A DNA stretch of 64,000 nucleotides from a bacterium. GTDB taxonomy: Bacteria; Patescibacteriota; Minisyncoccia; Phycocordibacterales; UBA5272. The notes beneath the pieces are model-generated. The model was not told where the DNA came from and did not search any database. It saw nothing but the letters and a program-made list of their open reading frames with translations. Shown here piece after piece: positions 25,865 through 36,544 of the stretch (position 1 is the first letter of the stretch; each line of letters begins with the position of its first letter). The position numbers and the translations under genes are program-made. The stretch is taken from contig JAYUJP010000001.1 in assembly GCA_043765155.1 (NCBI GenBank), positions 19,268 to 83,267 on the forward strand. Reading direction: 5' to 3'.

Positions 25865-27487
25865 TTACAAACCATCCCCATAACTGTTTATTAATTTTTG
25901 ATAATCTTCAGGATTTTTGGTATATTGCCTAAATCCAAGTGAGATTCTACTTTCACCCTCTTCTAATTTTTTTATATAATGTATAGGCCGCTGTTTTATG
26001 TTCATAAAGTCATAACCGCGCATGAGTATAATATCTCCAGGGCTTGCTTGTATATATTTTTCTCCATTACACTCCCTATCTTTTGCGATATAGAATTTTG
26101 AATCTCCTTCGATCAGCATCACAGCTACTAGCCCGACAAACCCTTTTTGATCCTGATGCGGTGGTATGGAAAATTTATCTTCGTTTTTATTCTCGTAACC
26201 CTGCTCTTTTTTTAATTTATTTTCTAGTGGTATGATTTTGTTTAAGTTATTATTTTCTTTTTTATGATTACCATAATCCTGCAATATTACATTATCAAAT
26301 TTTACTTTATCTAGATTATACTTTTCTAATTCACAATTTAAATTGTATTCTATATGATTTTTAAGATCCTCAAAAAAGTTTTTATTTATAAAATTAGTCT
26401 TTTGAAAAAAGTTTTGATATATAGCTCCTATTGTCGGCGAGCTGGTCATACCTATTCTGCTCTCTCTTTTAATTATTTTTAGAATATGAGATATTTTATC
26501 TCTGGCATTTTCTATATTTTTTAATTCTTCATCCTCTTCTTGATTTATTTTTAAAGTAGTTACCCCAATATTAACATCAAGTAATTCTCGCACATTCTGC
26601 TCAGTGATTTTGTACTTAAAATTAGAAAATATATCTAGACTATTTTCTGCATCACACATTTCTTTGTAATATTTTATATTATGAGTTCTAAATATTATAT
26701 TGTTACTTTTATTTTTAATAAAAGCGTGCATTATACTAGTTATATGATCGGCTTCTTTTACGTCATTGTCTCCTGTGATATTTCTTAAGAATTTCTTCCT
26801 AGATATGCCAATTAGCAGTTTAACACTAGGATATTTTTGATTTATTATTTTCATAATATAATCTAACTCTCTTAATATTTCTAGATTATCTTTTTCCCTT
26901 TTTGAAAATCCAATACAAGGGTCTATTATTATTCTATTATTTTCTATACCCAGACTTTTTAAGATATCAATCTTATTGTCGAAGTATTCTATAAGCTCAG
27001 ACACCATATCGTCATAATCATACTTAGAGTGTGTGGTTTCAAATTCTCCCTTAATATGACCTATTATGTATTTTATATTTTTATACTTAGATATAAGCTT
27101 AAACATTTTATGGTCTAGCTCACCACCAGAAATATCATTAACAATATCAGCTCCGCACTCTATGGCAACTTTTGCAACCTCACTTCTAAAAGTATCTACT
27201 GAGATTTGATACTCTAGATTATTAATTTGTCTATATTTTGCTAGAAACTTTACAGCTTTTCCTATTAACTCTTTTTCTAACTCTACAGATATAAGCTCAG
27301 CTTTATGATTAGTCGCTTGGGCGCCTATATCTATAATATCTGCTTTATATTTTATCGCTTCTTTTATTTTCATCTCTAAATATTCATAGCTAGCGTCACC
27401 CTTTTCACTAAAGCTACTTTCTGTAAGATTAATTATATACATAGATATATTTTTAATGTCTAGGTTTTTTATATTTTTTTCTATCAT
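25865..27487 (-). CDS. folP: Dihydropteroate synthase fused to a C-terminal 2OG-Fe(II) oxygenase-like domain
   Basis: IINLTESSFSE, IIDIGA, ISVDT, NDISG, DPCIGF, GISRK, RTHN; C-term PPHQD...PIH...RISLGFR. Confidence 0.85.
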   Translation of the reverse strand: MIEKNIKNLDIKNISMYIINLTESSFSEKGDASYEYLEMKIKEAIKYKADIIDIGAQATNHKAELISVELEKELIGKAVKFLAKYRQINNLEYQISVDTFRSEVAKVAIECGADIVNDISGGELDHKMFKLISKYKNIKYIIGHIKGEFETTHSKYDYDDMVSELIEYFDNKIDILKSLGIENNRIIIDPCIGFSKREKDNLEILRELDYIMKIINQKYPSVKLLIGISRKKFLRNITGDNDVKEADHITSIMHAFIKNKSNNIIFRTHNIKYYKEMCDAENSLDIFSNFKYKITEQNVRELLDVNIGVTTLKINQEEDEELKNIENARDKISHILKIIKRESRIGMTSSPTIGAIYQNFFQKTNFINKNFFEDLKNHIEYNLNCELEKYNLDKVKFDNVILQDYGNHKKENNNLNKIIPLENKLKKEQGYENKNEDKFSIPPHQDQKGFVGLVAVMLIEGDSKFYIAKDRECNGEKYIQASPGDIILMRGYDFMNIKQRPIHYIKKLEEGESRISLGFRQYTKNPEDYQKLINSYGDGL

Positions 27488-27709
27488 ACTTTTTATATTT
27501 TATTACTTATATTTATTACTAGTTACTCTTTTGTAAATATATTATAATCTTTCTAAAAATAAAATAAAAATAATTAATAAAAAATACAAATAAACTATAT
27601 ATAATATGATTAAAACAGAACTTATAATAATATTCAGAAGAGTTGAATAAATTATAAAAAATAAAGTATTTGTGTTATAATTAGTTTAATAAATACAGCA
27701 AGTAAAATT

Positions 27710-28450
27710 ATGAAGGAAAAAATTTTAATAGAGATGATAGAAAATATGGGGCTAACAAATAAGGAGGCAACTCTCTATTTTAATCTTTTAAAACTTAAAA
27801 AGGCTACTGCGTATGAGCTAGGTAAGAATATTAACTCTATATCTAACGCCTATAATATACTTAACTCTCTGCAGAAAAAGTCGCTAGTGACTAAAGTCAA
27901 AATTAAGAATAAAACTATTTATACCGCCAAAAGACTGGAGGAATTTATAGCTGAAAAGCAGGATATGAGTAATATAATTTTTAAAAATATATTAAGCTTA
28001 TACCAAAAAGTAAATACAGGTAACGACACTAATATAAAAATATGGTCCGACTCTAAAAATACAAAAGAAGCCATACTTTATGGGCTAAGCGGCCTCACTG
28101 ACAAAAAATTATACTGCGTTTATCCGTCCAGAGCCAAGCTATCAATCTCGCCTGCCGAGTCAGTTTATATTTTTACTAATAGGTATATACATGAACTAGG
28201 TATCAAAAAGATTATACTTTCTGAAAAGAAAGTGCGCGAAGAATATACTCTTGCTGACAAAGAGTTCGGATTTGAGCGCTACACTAGTGATAACAAAATA
28301 CTAGAGAAAATATCTGACGCCAAGACTGGATTTGAAATAGCTGAGAATAGGTTTATAAAAATATACTTTTATTCTGAGGGGCTTATTATCTGCATAGAAA
28401 ACAAAAATTTGGCTAACATATCTCTAGAGATACTTAGAGGATCATATTAA
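27710..28450 (+). CDS. TrmB-family transcriptional regulator
   Basis: MGLT.KEA.LY..LL...TAYEL......AY.IL..L..K.LV wHTH; divergent from folP. Confidence 0.8.
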   Translation: MKEKILIEMIENMGLTNKEATLYFNLLKLKKATAYELGKNINSISNAYNILNSLQKKSLVTKVKIKNKTIYTAKRLEEFIAEKQDMSNIIFKNILSLYQKVNTGNDTNIKIWSDSKNTKEAILYGLSGLTDKKLYCVYPSRAKLSISPAESVYIFTNRYIHELGIKKIILSEKKVREEYTLADKEFGFERYTSDNKILEKISDAKTGFEIAENRFIKIYFYSEGLIICIENKNLANISLEILRGSY

Positions 28451-28467
28451 AAATACTGACTGGGTTT

Positions 28468-29232
28468 TTAAATATTTTCGCTCAGATATTTTTCTAAGAC
28501 GGGCATAATATTCTCTGAGATTATCTTTTCATAACCTGATCTATTTGGATGTATGCCGTCACTAGTATTATATTTTTCAACTTTGGCTACACCTTTTAAA
28601 AAGAAAGGTACTAATGGCGCATCATACTTTTGAGCTAGCTCAGGATATATGGCATCAAAATCATTTTTGTATTTGAGGCCATAACTAATTACCGACTCCA
28701 TGCCGAGTATTATAACTTTTTGATTATTATCTTTGAACTTTTTCAAAATAGAATCCAGATTATTCTTAGCCACATTAGCATCAGTGCCCCTGAGCATATC
28801 ATTGGCTCCGAGGCCAAGCAAGATGAGGTCAGGCTTTTGCTCCAATATAAAATCAACTCTATCAAGCCCTCCAGAAGTAGTCTCGCCCGAGACACCCATA
28901 TTTATAATTTCAAAATTTACATCTTTTTTATTTTTAAAATTACTATTAAGGATTTCTTCTAAAATACTCGGGTAACTATCTTTTAATTCTACCCCATAAC
29001 CAGCTGTGAGTGAGTCACCAAAGGCTACTATTTTAAAATTTTTAATACCTGACTCTGTACTGCTGCTATTACTCAGATTTGCATTTAAATTTGTATTTAC
29101 ATTTTTCTCTTTGCTATTTTGCATACTTTCTTTTTGAGCATTCTTATTATAAAAATAAAATAAAACACCAGAAATTATTATGATCAAGACAATAGAACAA
29201 ATGATAATTTTTACAAAATTAGTATTTAACAT
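28468..29232 (-). CDS. SGNH/GDSL arylesterase (TesA-like), membrane anchored
   Basis: FGDSLTAG, GVSGETT, LGANDMLRG, DGIHPN. Confidence 0.92.
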   Translation of the reverse strand: MLNTNFVKIIICSIVLIIIISGVLFYFYNKNAQKESMQNSKEKNVNTNLNANLSNSSSTESGIKNFKIVAFGDSLTAGYGVELKDSYPSILEEILNSNFKNKKDVNFEIINMGVSGETTSGGLDRVDFILEQKPDLILLGLGANDMLRGTDANVAKNNLDSILKKFKDNNQKVIILGMESVISYGLKYKNDFDAIYPELAQKYDAPLVPFFLKGVAKVEKYNTSDGIHPNRSGYEKIISENIMPVLEKYLSENI

Positions 29233-29269
29233 AATATAATCTTAACACAAATATGTTATAATTTGAAAC

Positions 29270-29941
29270 ATGATAAAAGTACAAAATATTAGCAAAGCTT
29301 ATAATGTAGACGGGCAAAAAATAAGTATTTTAGAAAATATAAACCTAAATATAAATTATGGTCAAAAAGTTGCAATAATTGGTGCGTCCGGCTCGGGCAA
29401 GTCTACTCTACTCTCTATAATATCAGGACTGGACAGGCCTACGTCTGGTGACATTTTGTATGACGATGTTGATATTAACACTATGGATGAGGCCACTATA
29501 TCTAATTTTCGAAATAAAAAAATAGGAATAATATTTCAAGCTTTCGAATTAGTACAATTTTTTACAGCTTATGAGAATGTAATGCTCCCGCTCTCTATAC
29601 GCGGCAAAAGCCGAGATAGGAGGGTTGTAGATAAATTATTTGAAGATATAAATCTAACCCATAGAAAAGATAATTTGCCCTCAGCTCTCTCGGGCGGCGA
29701 GCAGCAGAGAGTTGCCATAGCAAGAGTGCTCGCTTCTGGATGCGATATTATATTTGCCGATGAGCCGACTGGTAACCTAGACTCGATTAATGGTAAAAAA
29801 GTTTTAGACCTATTGCTGCAAAGCGTAAATGAAAATAAGAAAACTCTTATTATAATTACTCATGATATGAATATAGCCAAGCAAATGGATATTATATACG
29901 AGATCAAAGATGGCAAAGTTAATATTTTAGAAAATAAGTAA
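29270..29941 (+). CDS. ABC ATPase, YbbA/LolD-like
   Basis: GASGSGKST, LSGGEQQRVAIAR, DEPTGNLD. Confidence 0.92.
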   Translation: MIKVQNISKAYNVDGQKISILENINLNINYGQKVAIIGASGSGKSTLLSIISGLDRPTSGDILYDDVDINTMDEATISNFRNKKIGIIFQAFELVQFFTAYENVMLPLSIRGKSRDRRVVDKLFEDINLTHRKDNLPSALSGGEQQRVAIARVLASGCDIIFADEPTGNLDSINGKKVLDLLLQSVNENKKTLIIITHDMNIAKQMDIIYEIKDGKVNILENK

Positions 29942-30039
29942 AAATTATAGCTTATAAATTTATTTTAATTAAATTACCCAGTAGGCGATTCTGCTGAACC
30001 GAAAAGAAAAACTACAAATTTAAAAACCAAAACAAAAAC

Positions 30040-32586
30040 ATGCTTACCTATTTTATAAAAATTATTTTCAAAAGATCTTACAAATATTTACTCCTAACTT
30101 TTTTTAGTATTGTGGTAGGAGCTTTTTTATTTGGCGCATCGGTATCACTGTCACGTAGTATTTCTAACTACTTTATAACCGAAGGCAAGACCTTGATTGG
30201 AGGCGACATAGTTATCTCAGGAGCTACAAAGCTTAACCTAAATAGCTTAGAATTTTCAAATGATATCAACTTGCAAAATATCATAAAAAAGTTTTCAATA
30301 ATAAGTCAGGAATACTCCCTGCAAGGCGTATTTAAAAATAAAAACAGTAGCTCGACCTCGCCAGCAAGCATAAGAGTGGTACAGGACTCTTTTCCGCTGT
30401 ACGGGGAAGTGTTAACTAATCCAGCACCATTTGATCTTTTTAATATTTCTAAAAATGACGCAGAAAATATTAATAATACAAGCTATATATATGCTGAACA
30501 AAGCTTTTTGGATAAAATAGATGCAAAGGTGGGAGAAGAGATTATTTTGGGTGATGCTAATTTTAAAATAAAAGGAATACTTTTAAAAGAGCCTGATAGC
30601 ATATCTTTTGGGATTTCATTTACGCCAAAAGTTATAATATCAGAAAGAGACTTTGTTAAAAGCGGCATAGACTTTAATCAGAGTAGAATTAATTATAAGA
30701 CACTAATCAAGCAAGATAATAATAAGCTCACAAAAGAAGACAGAGATTATCTTGAGTCTTTTGTTAAGGATAAAAAGCTCAGATATGATGACTCAACTAA
30801 TGGGCCCAATAATTTTGTACGTGGACTATCCAGTGTCGAGAGCTTTGTCGGTATAGTCATAGCTATCGCATTATTTTTGGTGGTAGTTAATATTATCGCT
30901 AATCTAACTTATATAATATCCAAATTTAAAAAGACTATCGCTATAATGAAAACTTTTGGTATGCCTAGCCGCAGCATACAGATTATATACGGATTTATGC
31001 TTGGTGTTATAGGACTCACTGCGGGTGCTATTGGCTCACTATTTGGGGCTTATGCTTCTAATTATTCGCTAACTTATATCAAGGCGTATACGGATACCAG
31101 TATAGGAGACATAAATATTTTACCTGTTACTGTTGTTGGCGGCATAATAGGGTTTCTAATTATACTAGCAGCCGCCCTTCCATTTTTCAGCTCTATCAAA
31201 AATATCTCACCCAAAGAGTTACTATTAAGCGCTAAGATTAATGACATAGATAACAATAAAAATCAAAACAAATACAAAAATCTATATAAGTTGCTGCGCT
31301 TAATCTTATTATATTTGCCAATACCAATAATATTAACAGCTTCTCTCTATATACTCTCTTCTAATATAAGCTTGGTCTTTTATAGTATGCTGGGCCTAAT
31401 AATATGTTTTGCATTATTTATGTTAGTGTCATATTTTATAATAAATATATTGTACAAAAATAGAAAATATTTTCCATTTATAATACAAAGTAGCGTCGCC
31501 TCTTTAAAATGGAGAGGATTAGAATCTGTTGTTATAGCTGCCTCGATCATGACTGCATACTCTGGAGTATTTATAGTCTCAACTATCGAGGAGAATATAG
31601 TAGTTAATATACAACAAAATGTCTCAGCCAAAGCTCCCTCTCTGTACCTTGTTGATATATCCAGGACTCAGATACAAGATATTAAAAATATAGCTGGCGA
31701 GACTTTTGTAGAGTACCCCATAATACGCGGCAGACTACTCGAGATTAGCGGAAAAGATATAACCTTATCAGGTGATCCGGGACTCACCAGAGAGTTCAAC
31801 ATGACCTATAGGTCCAAGCTTATAAACGAAGAAAAGATAGTGGCTGGCTCTTGGCATGGTGATAATATTATAAATTCTGTCTCTATAGATGACTCTTTTG
31901 CCAAAGAGATTGGGGACGTGAAGCTCGGTGACAAAGTCAAAGTCTTTATACAAGGCTTAACTGTTGAGGCTACTATTACGAGCATAAGAACTACAGACAG
32001 GTCAAGCGGTACTCCGTTTTTCTACTTGGTATTCTCGCCTGATTTACTTTCTAGATTCCCCTCTTCTTATTTTGCTACAGCTAATCTTAATAAGGAGGAT
32101 ATAAAAAAAGTTGAGCAAGAACTAGGCAGCAAGTATCCAAATGTGATACCGATACAAACAGGCAAAATATTAGACACAGTTAGCAGCATAGTGGATAACA
32201 TAGTCTTGGCCTTAAAAGTTCTCGGTCTACCTAGTATAATATTAGGGCTCATGCTGGTACTAGTCATGACTAGTCAGTCCCTGTATGAGAGGCGCGGTGA
32301 CATACTTGTACTGCGCGCTTTTGGACTAAGATCCAAAAATATAAAGTATCTATTTATACTTGAGATGGCAGGCCTAATATTAATAGCCTCAATAATAGCC
32401 TATATGGTCGCCAATATATTAGCTTACGCTCTTAATTACTTTTTATTTAATTTTGAGACTTTTGTATTTAGCTATACCCCGCTAATTATAAGTAGCGTAA
32501 CCATAATAATAGTGAGTATTTTTGCTCTCATATTATCCAGAACTATTACATCTTCTAGCTTGCGAGATCTACTATCGGAGAAGTAA
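30040..32586 (+). CDS. ABC permease, YbbP/FtsX-like, two repeats
   Basis: GGD, FPLYG, REFNMTY, VLRAFG; tesA-ybbA-ybbP arrangement. Confidence 0.88.
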   Translation: MLTYFIKIIFKRSYKYLLLTFFSIVVGAFLFGASVSLSRSISNYFITEGKTLIGGDIVISGATKLNLNSLEFSNDINLQNIIKKFSIISQEYSLQGVFKNKNSSSTSPASIRVVQDSFPLYGEVLTNPAPFDLFNISKNDAENINNTSYIYAEQSFLDKIDAKVGEEIILGDANFKIKGILLKEPDSISFGISFTPKVIISERDFVKSGIDFNQSRINYKTLIKQDNNKLTKEDRDYLESFVKDKKLRYDDSTNGPNNFVRGLSSVESFVGIVIAIALFLVVVNIIANLTYIISKFKKTIAIMKTFGMPSRSIQIIYGFMLGVIGLTAGAIGSLFGAYASNYSLTYIKAYTDTSIGDINILPVTVVGGIIGFLIILAAALPFFSSIKNISPKELLLSAKINDIDNNKNQNKYKNLYKLLRLILLYLPIPIILTASLYILSSNISLVFYSMLGLIICFALFMLVSYFIINILYKNRKYFPFIIQSSVASLKWRGLESVVIAASIMTAYSGVFIVSTIEENIVVNIQQNVSAKAPSLYLVDISRTQIQDIKNIAGETFVEYPIIRGRLLEISGKDITLSGDPGLTREFNMTYRSKLINEEKIVAGSWHGDNIINSVSIDDSFAKEIGDVKLGDKVKVFIQGLTVEATITSIRTTDRSSGTPFFYLVFSPDLLSRFPSSYFATANLNKEDIKKVEQELGSKYPNVIPIQTGKILDTVSSIVDNIVLALKVLGLPSIILGLMLVLVMTSQSLYERRGDILVLRAFGLRSKNIKYLFILEMAGLILIASIIAYMVANILAYALNYFLFNFETFVFSYTPLIISSVTIIIVSIFALILSRTITSSSLRDLLSEK

Positions 32587-32708
32587 GGTTTTAAAAAAAT
32601 AAAATACCCAGACAGAAATAAAAGCCATCTCAAGCTTAATCTGGTGTTTTTGTAGTTGAAATAAAAACTAAATACCAATTTTCTACGCAGTAACTTACTT
32701 ATTACCAA

Positions 32709-33845
32709 TTAAATATTAAGATCAATATCTGGTATATTCCCGTACCACTTTAATGCATTTTGTATTCCTTCATGCAAAGAGTCGTCTGGTAAAACAAACT
32801 TTACAAACTGAGGAGCTTGAGAAAGAATTTCATTGCCACCAGCATTTTTTTCTTGATCGTAATGGTAAGAATGATTAGTAAAGAATATAAAATTATAATC
32901 TGATTTATTATTTACTGAGATGATTTTATTTTTCCGCTTAGCATTTTTTATAATGTCTTTAACCCAAGGAACATCTTCCATTCTTGACTTATTTTCTAAT
33001 GGACTATTAATATCAATAAAAATAATATATGGCATTAAACCACACTCTTCTTTTTCCAAAGCACTTGTTAAAAGCCCCTGAATATCACCTTTTTTTGACT
33101 TATACATATCAAGTATACCTAATTGATTTAACACTCCCTTACGATGCCTACTCTTTGCTTCAACTCCTATTTTCGTGCCACTAACTTGATGCTCGGCAAT
33201 AAATTCGCAATGCTTAGCGGTTGAATTATCTATCCAAGTTATATTAAACCCCAGTCTAGCAATAACTGCAGCAATCATTATCTCATATCTGACTCCTTGA
33301 TATTCATTAGTATTTTTTAATCTTTGAATAAGCTTATCTGGGATATTAGATACATGATCAAGAGTAAAAATGTCAAAAGCTAAAGAGTAAATAGATTTTA
33401 TATAGCCATTTGGATTTGTAGAATAAACACCTTCTCTTACTTTTACACCATTAAAAATAGCAGACCCTTTAAGCTTTATAACCTCTGTAAAAGCTTTCTC
33501 TAAAAAATTAAGTTCTTCTTTTTTATATTTAATTTCATTTAACCATTCTGGTCCTAGTTTTTCTAAAAGTATAAAAATACAAAAATCACTAAATGTTTCA
33601 TGTTTATTGTCTCTTTGGTAGATTCTATTTTTAATAGCCCATATTTTTTTATCTTTGAAGATAATAGGATTAACATAGTTAACGTAAATACCAACCTCTT
33701 TTAATTTATTATCTTTAAGTTCTTTTTTTGCAAGCATTTGTAGTGCCATATGACTAATACTTTCTTTTTTCATGAGGCAACACTTTTTATATTTCTTACC
33801 ACTAAAACAGTAACATTTTTCATTTCGACCTATTTTATTATTCAT
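32709..33845 (-). CDS. SEC-C motif protein with possible PD-(D/E)xK-like domain
   Basis: IGRNEKCYCFSGKKYKKCC; central HCEF...GVEAKSR. Confidence 0.65.
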   Translation of the reverse strand: MNNKIGRNEKCYCFSGKKYKKCCLMKKESISHMALQMLAKKELKDNKLKEVGIYVNYVNPIIFKDKKIWAIKNRIYQRDNKHETFSDFCIFILLEKLGPEWLNEIKYKKEELNFLEKAFTEVIKLKGSAIFNGVKVREGVYSTNPNGYIKSIYSLAFDIFTLDHVSNIPDKLIQRLKNTNEYQGVRYEIMIAAVIARLGFNITWIDNSTAKHCEFIAEHQVSGTKIGVEAKSRHRKGVLNQLGILDMYKSKKGDIQGLLTSALEKEECGLMPYIIFIDINSPLENKSRMEDVPWVKDIIKNAKRKNKIISVNNKSDYNFIFFTNHSYHYDQEKNAGGNEILSQAPQFVKFVLPDDSLHEGIQNALKWYGNIPDIDLNI

Positions 33846-33916
33846 TTTAGTTACATTACAATCTATACAATTTTTTTAAGCTAAATCCTCAACAGTATCA
33901 AAAATATTATGATTGA

Positions 33917-34648
33917 CTATTCTATTCCAAAACTTTTTTTTAATTTTGCAATATCTGCTGGATTTTCAAATTCCTTCCTTTTTTGTTCTTCTTCTGCCTT
34001 TTTAATTTCATCTCTTAGGATCTCAAAATCTTTAATCCAAGCACCTTCAATAAAAGCATCTACGGAGTTTGGGTAATACTCAGTACCCCATTCCTTCTCG
34101 GAAAGACTTTCACTTACATGCAAAACTTTTTCTTCATTAAGAAACATTTCTAGGTCTCCCCAGTAGCTGTCTTCATGGTTACCTGTTGAATGGATAAATT
34201 TATACTCTCTTCCGTTCATCATTAAAAGAATACACTCTTCTCTACTTTGCTTTTCGTCAACTTCTTTTGCCTCAGTAACTATCGTAGGCACTGAGTCTCT
34301 TGGAGTATGTCTAATCCAGCTTGGGTAATAGCGTATAGAATCGTGATATAAAGCATCAACAAGTTGTGGTATACCAGACTTCATAGCTTGATCCTTTTTC
34401 TTTTCAGCAAGGTCTCTGATTCTCTCTGCTTCACTTTGTACGGCATTATTAATCGCCTCTCCTGAAGGATAGTTTTCTTTGCAAGGCTCTTCTTTTTTAG
34501 AGATTAAGTCTTTCTTTCTGTTACGTGAAAAAATCCAACCAATAAAGATAGCTCCCCAAAAACTCCATCCATTACCAGCCTTTAAAATCCAATAAAAAAT
34601 AAAGAAGAATGCCAATGATATTGCTAACCACTTTATATTTATATTCAT
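33917..34648 (-). CDS. Hypothetical membrane-anchored protein
   Basis: Two N-terminal hydrophobic segments, acidic soluble domain. Confidence 0.7.
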   Translation of the reverse strand: MNINIKWLAISLAFFFIFYWILKAGNGWSFWGAIFIGWIFSRNRKKDLISKKEEPCKENYPSGEAINNAVQSEAERIRDLAEKKKDQAMKSGIPQLVDALYHDSIRYYPSWIRHTPRDSVPTIVTEAKEVDEKQSREECILLMMNGREYKFIHSTGNHEDSYWGDLEMFLNEEKVLHVSESLSEKEWGTEYYPNSVDAFIEGAWIKDFEILRDEIKKAEEEQKRKEFENPADIAKLKKSFGIE

Positions 34649-34790
34649 AATTATTATTCTATGTTAAAAAATAACGAAGATTTTTATATTTTACAATGCG
34701 TTATCCGTTTAATTTGGTGCTTGGACTGGCTAGTAGTCCTGACTGGCTCCGCACTTGGGACGATGTCCGAAAAGCAATTATAGAAAATAA

Positions 34791-36113
34791 TTAAATTTCA
34801 AAAAAGTAGTAAGCTGGTAAATATAGGTTATCATTTCTTTCTTCTTGAAAATTAAAGGGGTCATTTATAAAAAAAGGAGTACTCCTCATTTCTTTATACT
34901 CGTCTAAGTTTTTAGCAAATTTCAAATGAATGACTCTTGTCTTTGCGACTTTATTTTCTTCACCAAGAATATATAATATTTCGTTAGAATACCTTTTATG
35001 ATCGCCTCCTGATATTAAAATTGCTCTATTTATCTCATCGTTAGAAGAAATATATCCACTTTCAATAATGCTTTTAATACTGCTATAATTTCCTGTTTGA
35101 ATACTCTGAGGCGAATATCTTAACAATTCAACAGCAACACATATTATTGGATTTGGCTCTAGGTCTCTTAATTTTAAAGACACGTAGCTCTGATTTGCAA
35201 TCCTAAGAGCAAGTTTTAATTTACGCATAGTAAATCCAGAGTAATTTCTAAACATTGCCGATATTAGATCTTGTAATATTATTAACTGCGCTTCATTTTT
35301 TAATTCAAAAATATCAGATAAAAATCCATTCAGGTTACTAACTTTATTTTTATAAAAATGAATATAATCCATACATTTAAAGTAAACCTCCTGTGTATTA
35401 ATATTTTCGTAGCTTTGTGTAGAAACTGGAACAATTGCAATAATCTGCTTATTCAATTCTGGTGATTTTATGAATTGTTTAAATGTCTCTAAAAAATAAA
35501 ATCCTCCTTGACCAGCTCTATCTATATCTTCTAGTACAAAAATAATTTTTTTCTTATTGTTATTCTCAAGTAATTTTAGAAAAATATCTTGCATCTCAAA
35601 AACTCTTGTGGCGGGAGTTTTGTCTATAATATCTTTTGACTTAGCTCCAACTATAGCGGTTAATGTTTTTATTATTAAACCAACACTTGGTGAAATTGTA
35701 CTAATTAATTCCGCGCCTGAATTTATAATATCGCTAGTAATTCCAATATTTGTCTTTTTACTATCGTCTGAATTACCGTCTAGTTTACACTTAATCTCTT
35801 TCTCTTTCCCGAACTGTTTTGCTGTAGCTAAAATTAGACCATCCCACAACTCTCTTTTATCTGGAAACTGCCAGGCGTCAAAGTCTACCCAGTACTCTTC
35901 TTCCTTTTTATCTTCTCTTTTATTTTTTACACTTTCAATTAGACTACTTTTCCCAATACCATAATCACCCACAATACCCAAAATAACAGAATTATTAAAA
36001 GTGTCAATTTTTTGACATAATTCTGAAATTGGAATTTGATTTTCCATCCGATCTTCAGTAGAAATCTTTTCTTCTAGTAGCGAGATATTTTTAATGAAGC
36101 CTTTAGTTTGCAT
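34791..36113 (-). CDS. KAP-family P-loop NTPase
   Basis: GIVGDYGIGKSS, FDAWQF, FVLEDIDR, TMRKLK. Confidence 0.85.
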   Translation of the reverse strand: MQTKGFIKNISLLEEKISTEDRMENQIPISELCQKIDTFNNSVILGIVGDYGIGKSSLIESVKNKREDKKEEEYWVDFDAWQFPDKRELWDGLILATAKQFGKEKEIKCKLDGNSDDSKKTNIGITSDIINSGAELISTISPSVGLIIKTLTAIVGAKSKDIIDKTPATRVFEMQDIFLKLLENNNKKKIIFVLEDIDRAGQGGFYFLETFKQFIKSPELNKQIIAIVPVSTQSYENINTQEVYFKCMDYIHFYKNKVSNLNGFLSDIFELKNEAQLIILQDLISAMFRNYSGFTMRKLKLALRIANQSYVSLKLRDLEPNPIICVAVELLRYSPQSIQTGNYSSIKSIIESGYISSNDEINRAILISGGDHKRYSNEILYILGEENKVAKTRVIHLKFAKNLDEYKEMRSTPFFINDPFNFQEERNDNLYLPAYYFFEI

Positions 36114-36544
36114 GTGTAAATTTTATTAAGTTATTTTTTGCTGGTATTAATATTTAGCAATTTTATTAAATTATATTTTACCATAAAAAGAATTTTTATT
36201 CAGTTTAAAATAGTAAACTTTTAGTACTGAAAGTAACTTAAATTTAATTACCCACCCCCTTAAACCTCCTATAATAGATCAAATACTCTATCGTATATAT
36301 AACTTAAATCACTTTTGCAGTACCTCTAAAAACCTGTGAAGCTGGGGTTTATGTAGTTTGTATCAAATACACAAAATAAGAGGCTCTTTTCTGCGTAATT
36401 TTTTGATTTAGGCCATGTTTTTACTTGTCACTCTTTGCTATGTCATTTATCTTTGAGGCATGCATGGTATTAAGCTTCTCTCTCAGATTTCTTATACGTA
36501 TTATTTGTTTTATTTTTTCTTGCATATATTATTTTTTTCTTATG

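Larger units (their letters stand above)
32607..34747. mobile_element. Recombinase-less cassette in the tRNA-Asn array, bounded by imperfect inverted arms
   Basis: 32607-32635 matches the reverse complement of 34719-34747 at 20/29 nt, ungapped, by hand. Confidence 0.6.

Noticed and set aside
32683-32691. CTACGCAGT as the outer att junction
   Set aside because: Short 7/9 match only; the 20/29 inverted arm at 32607 explains the boundary better
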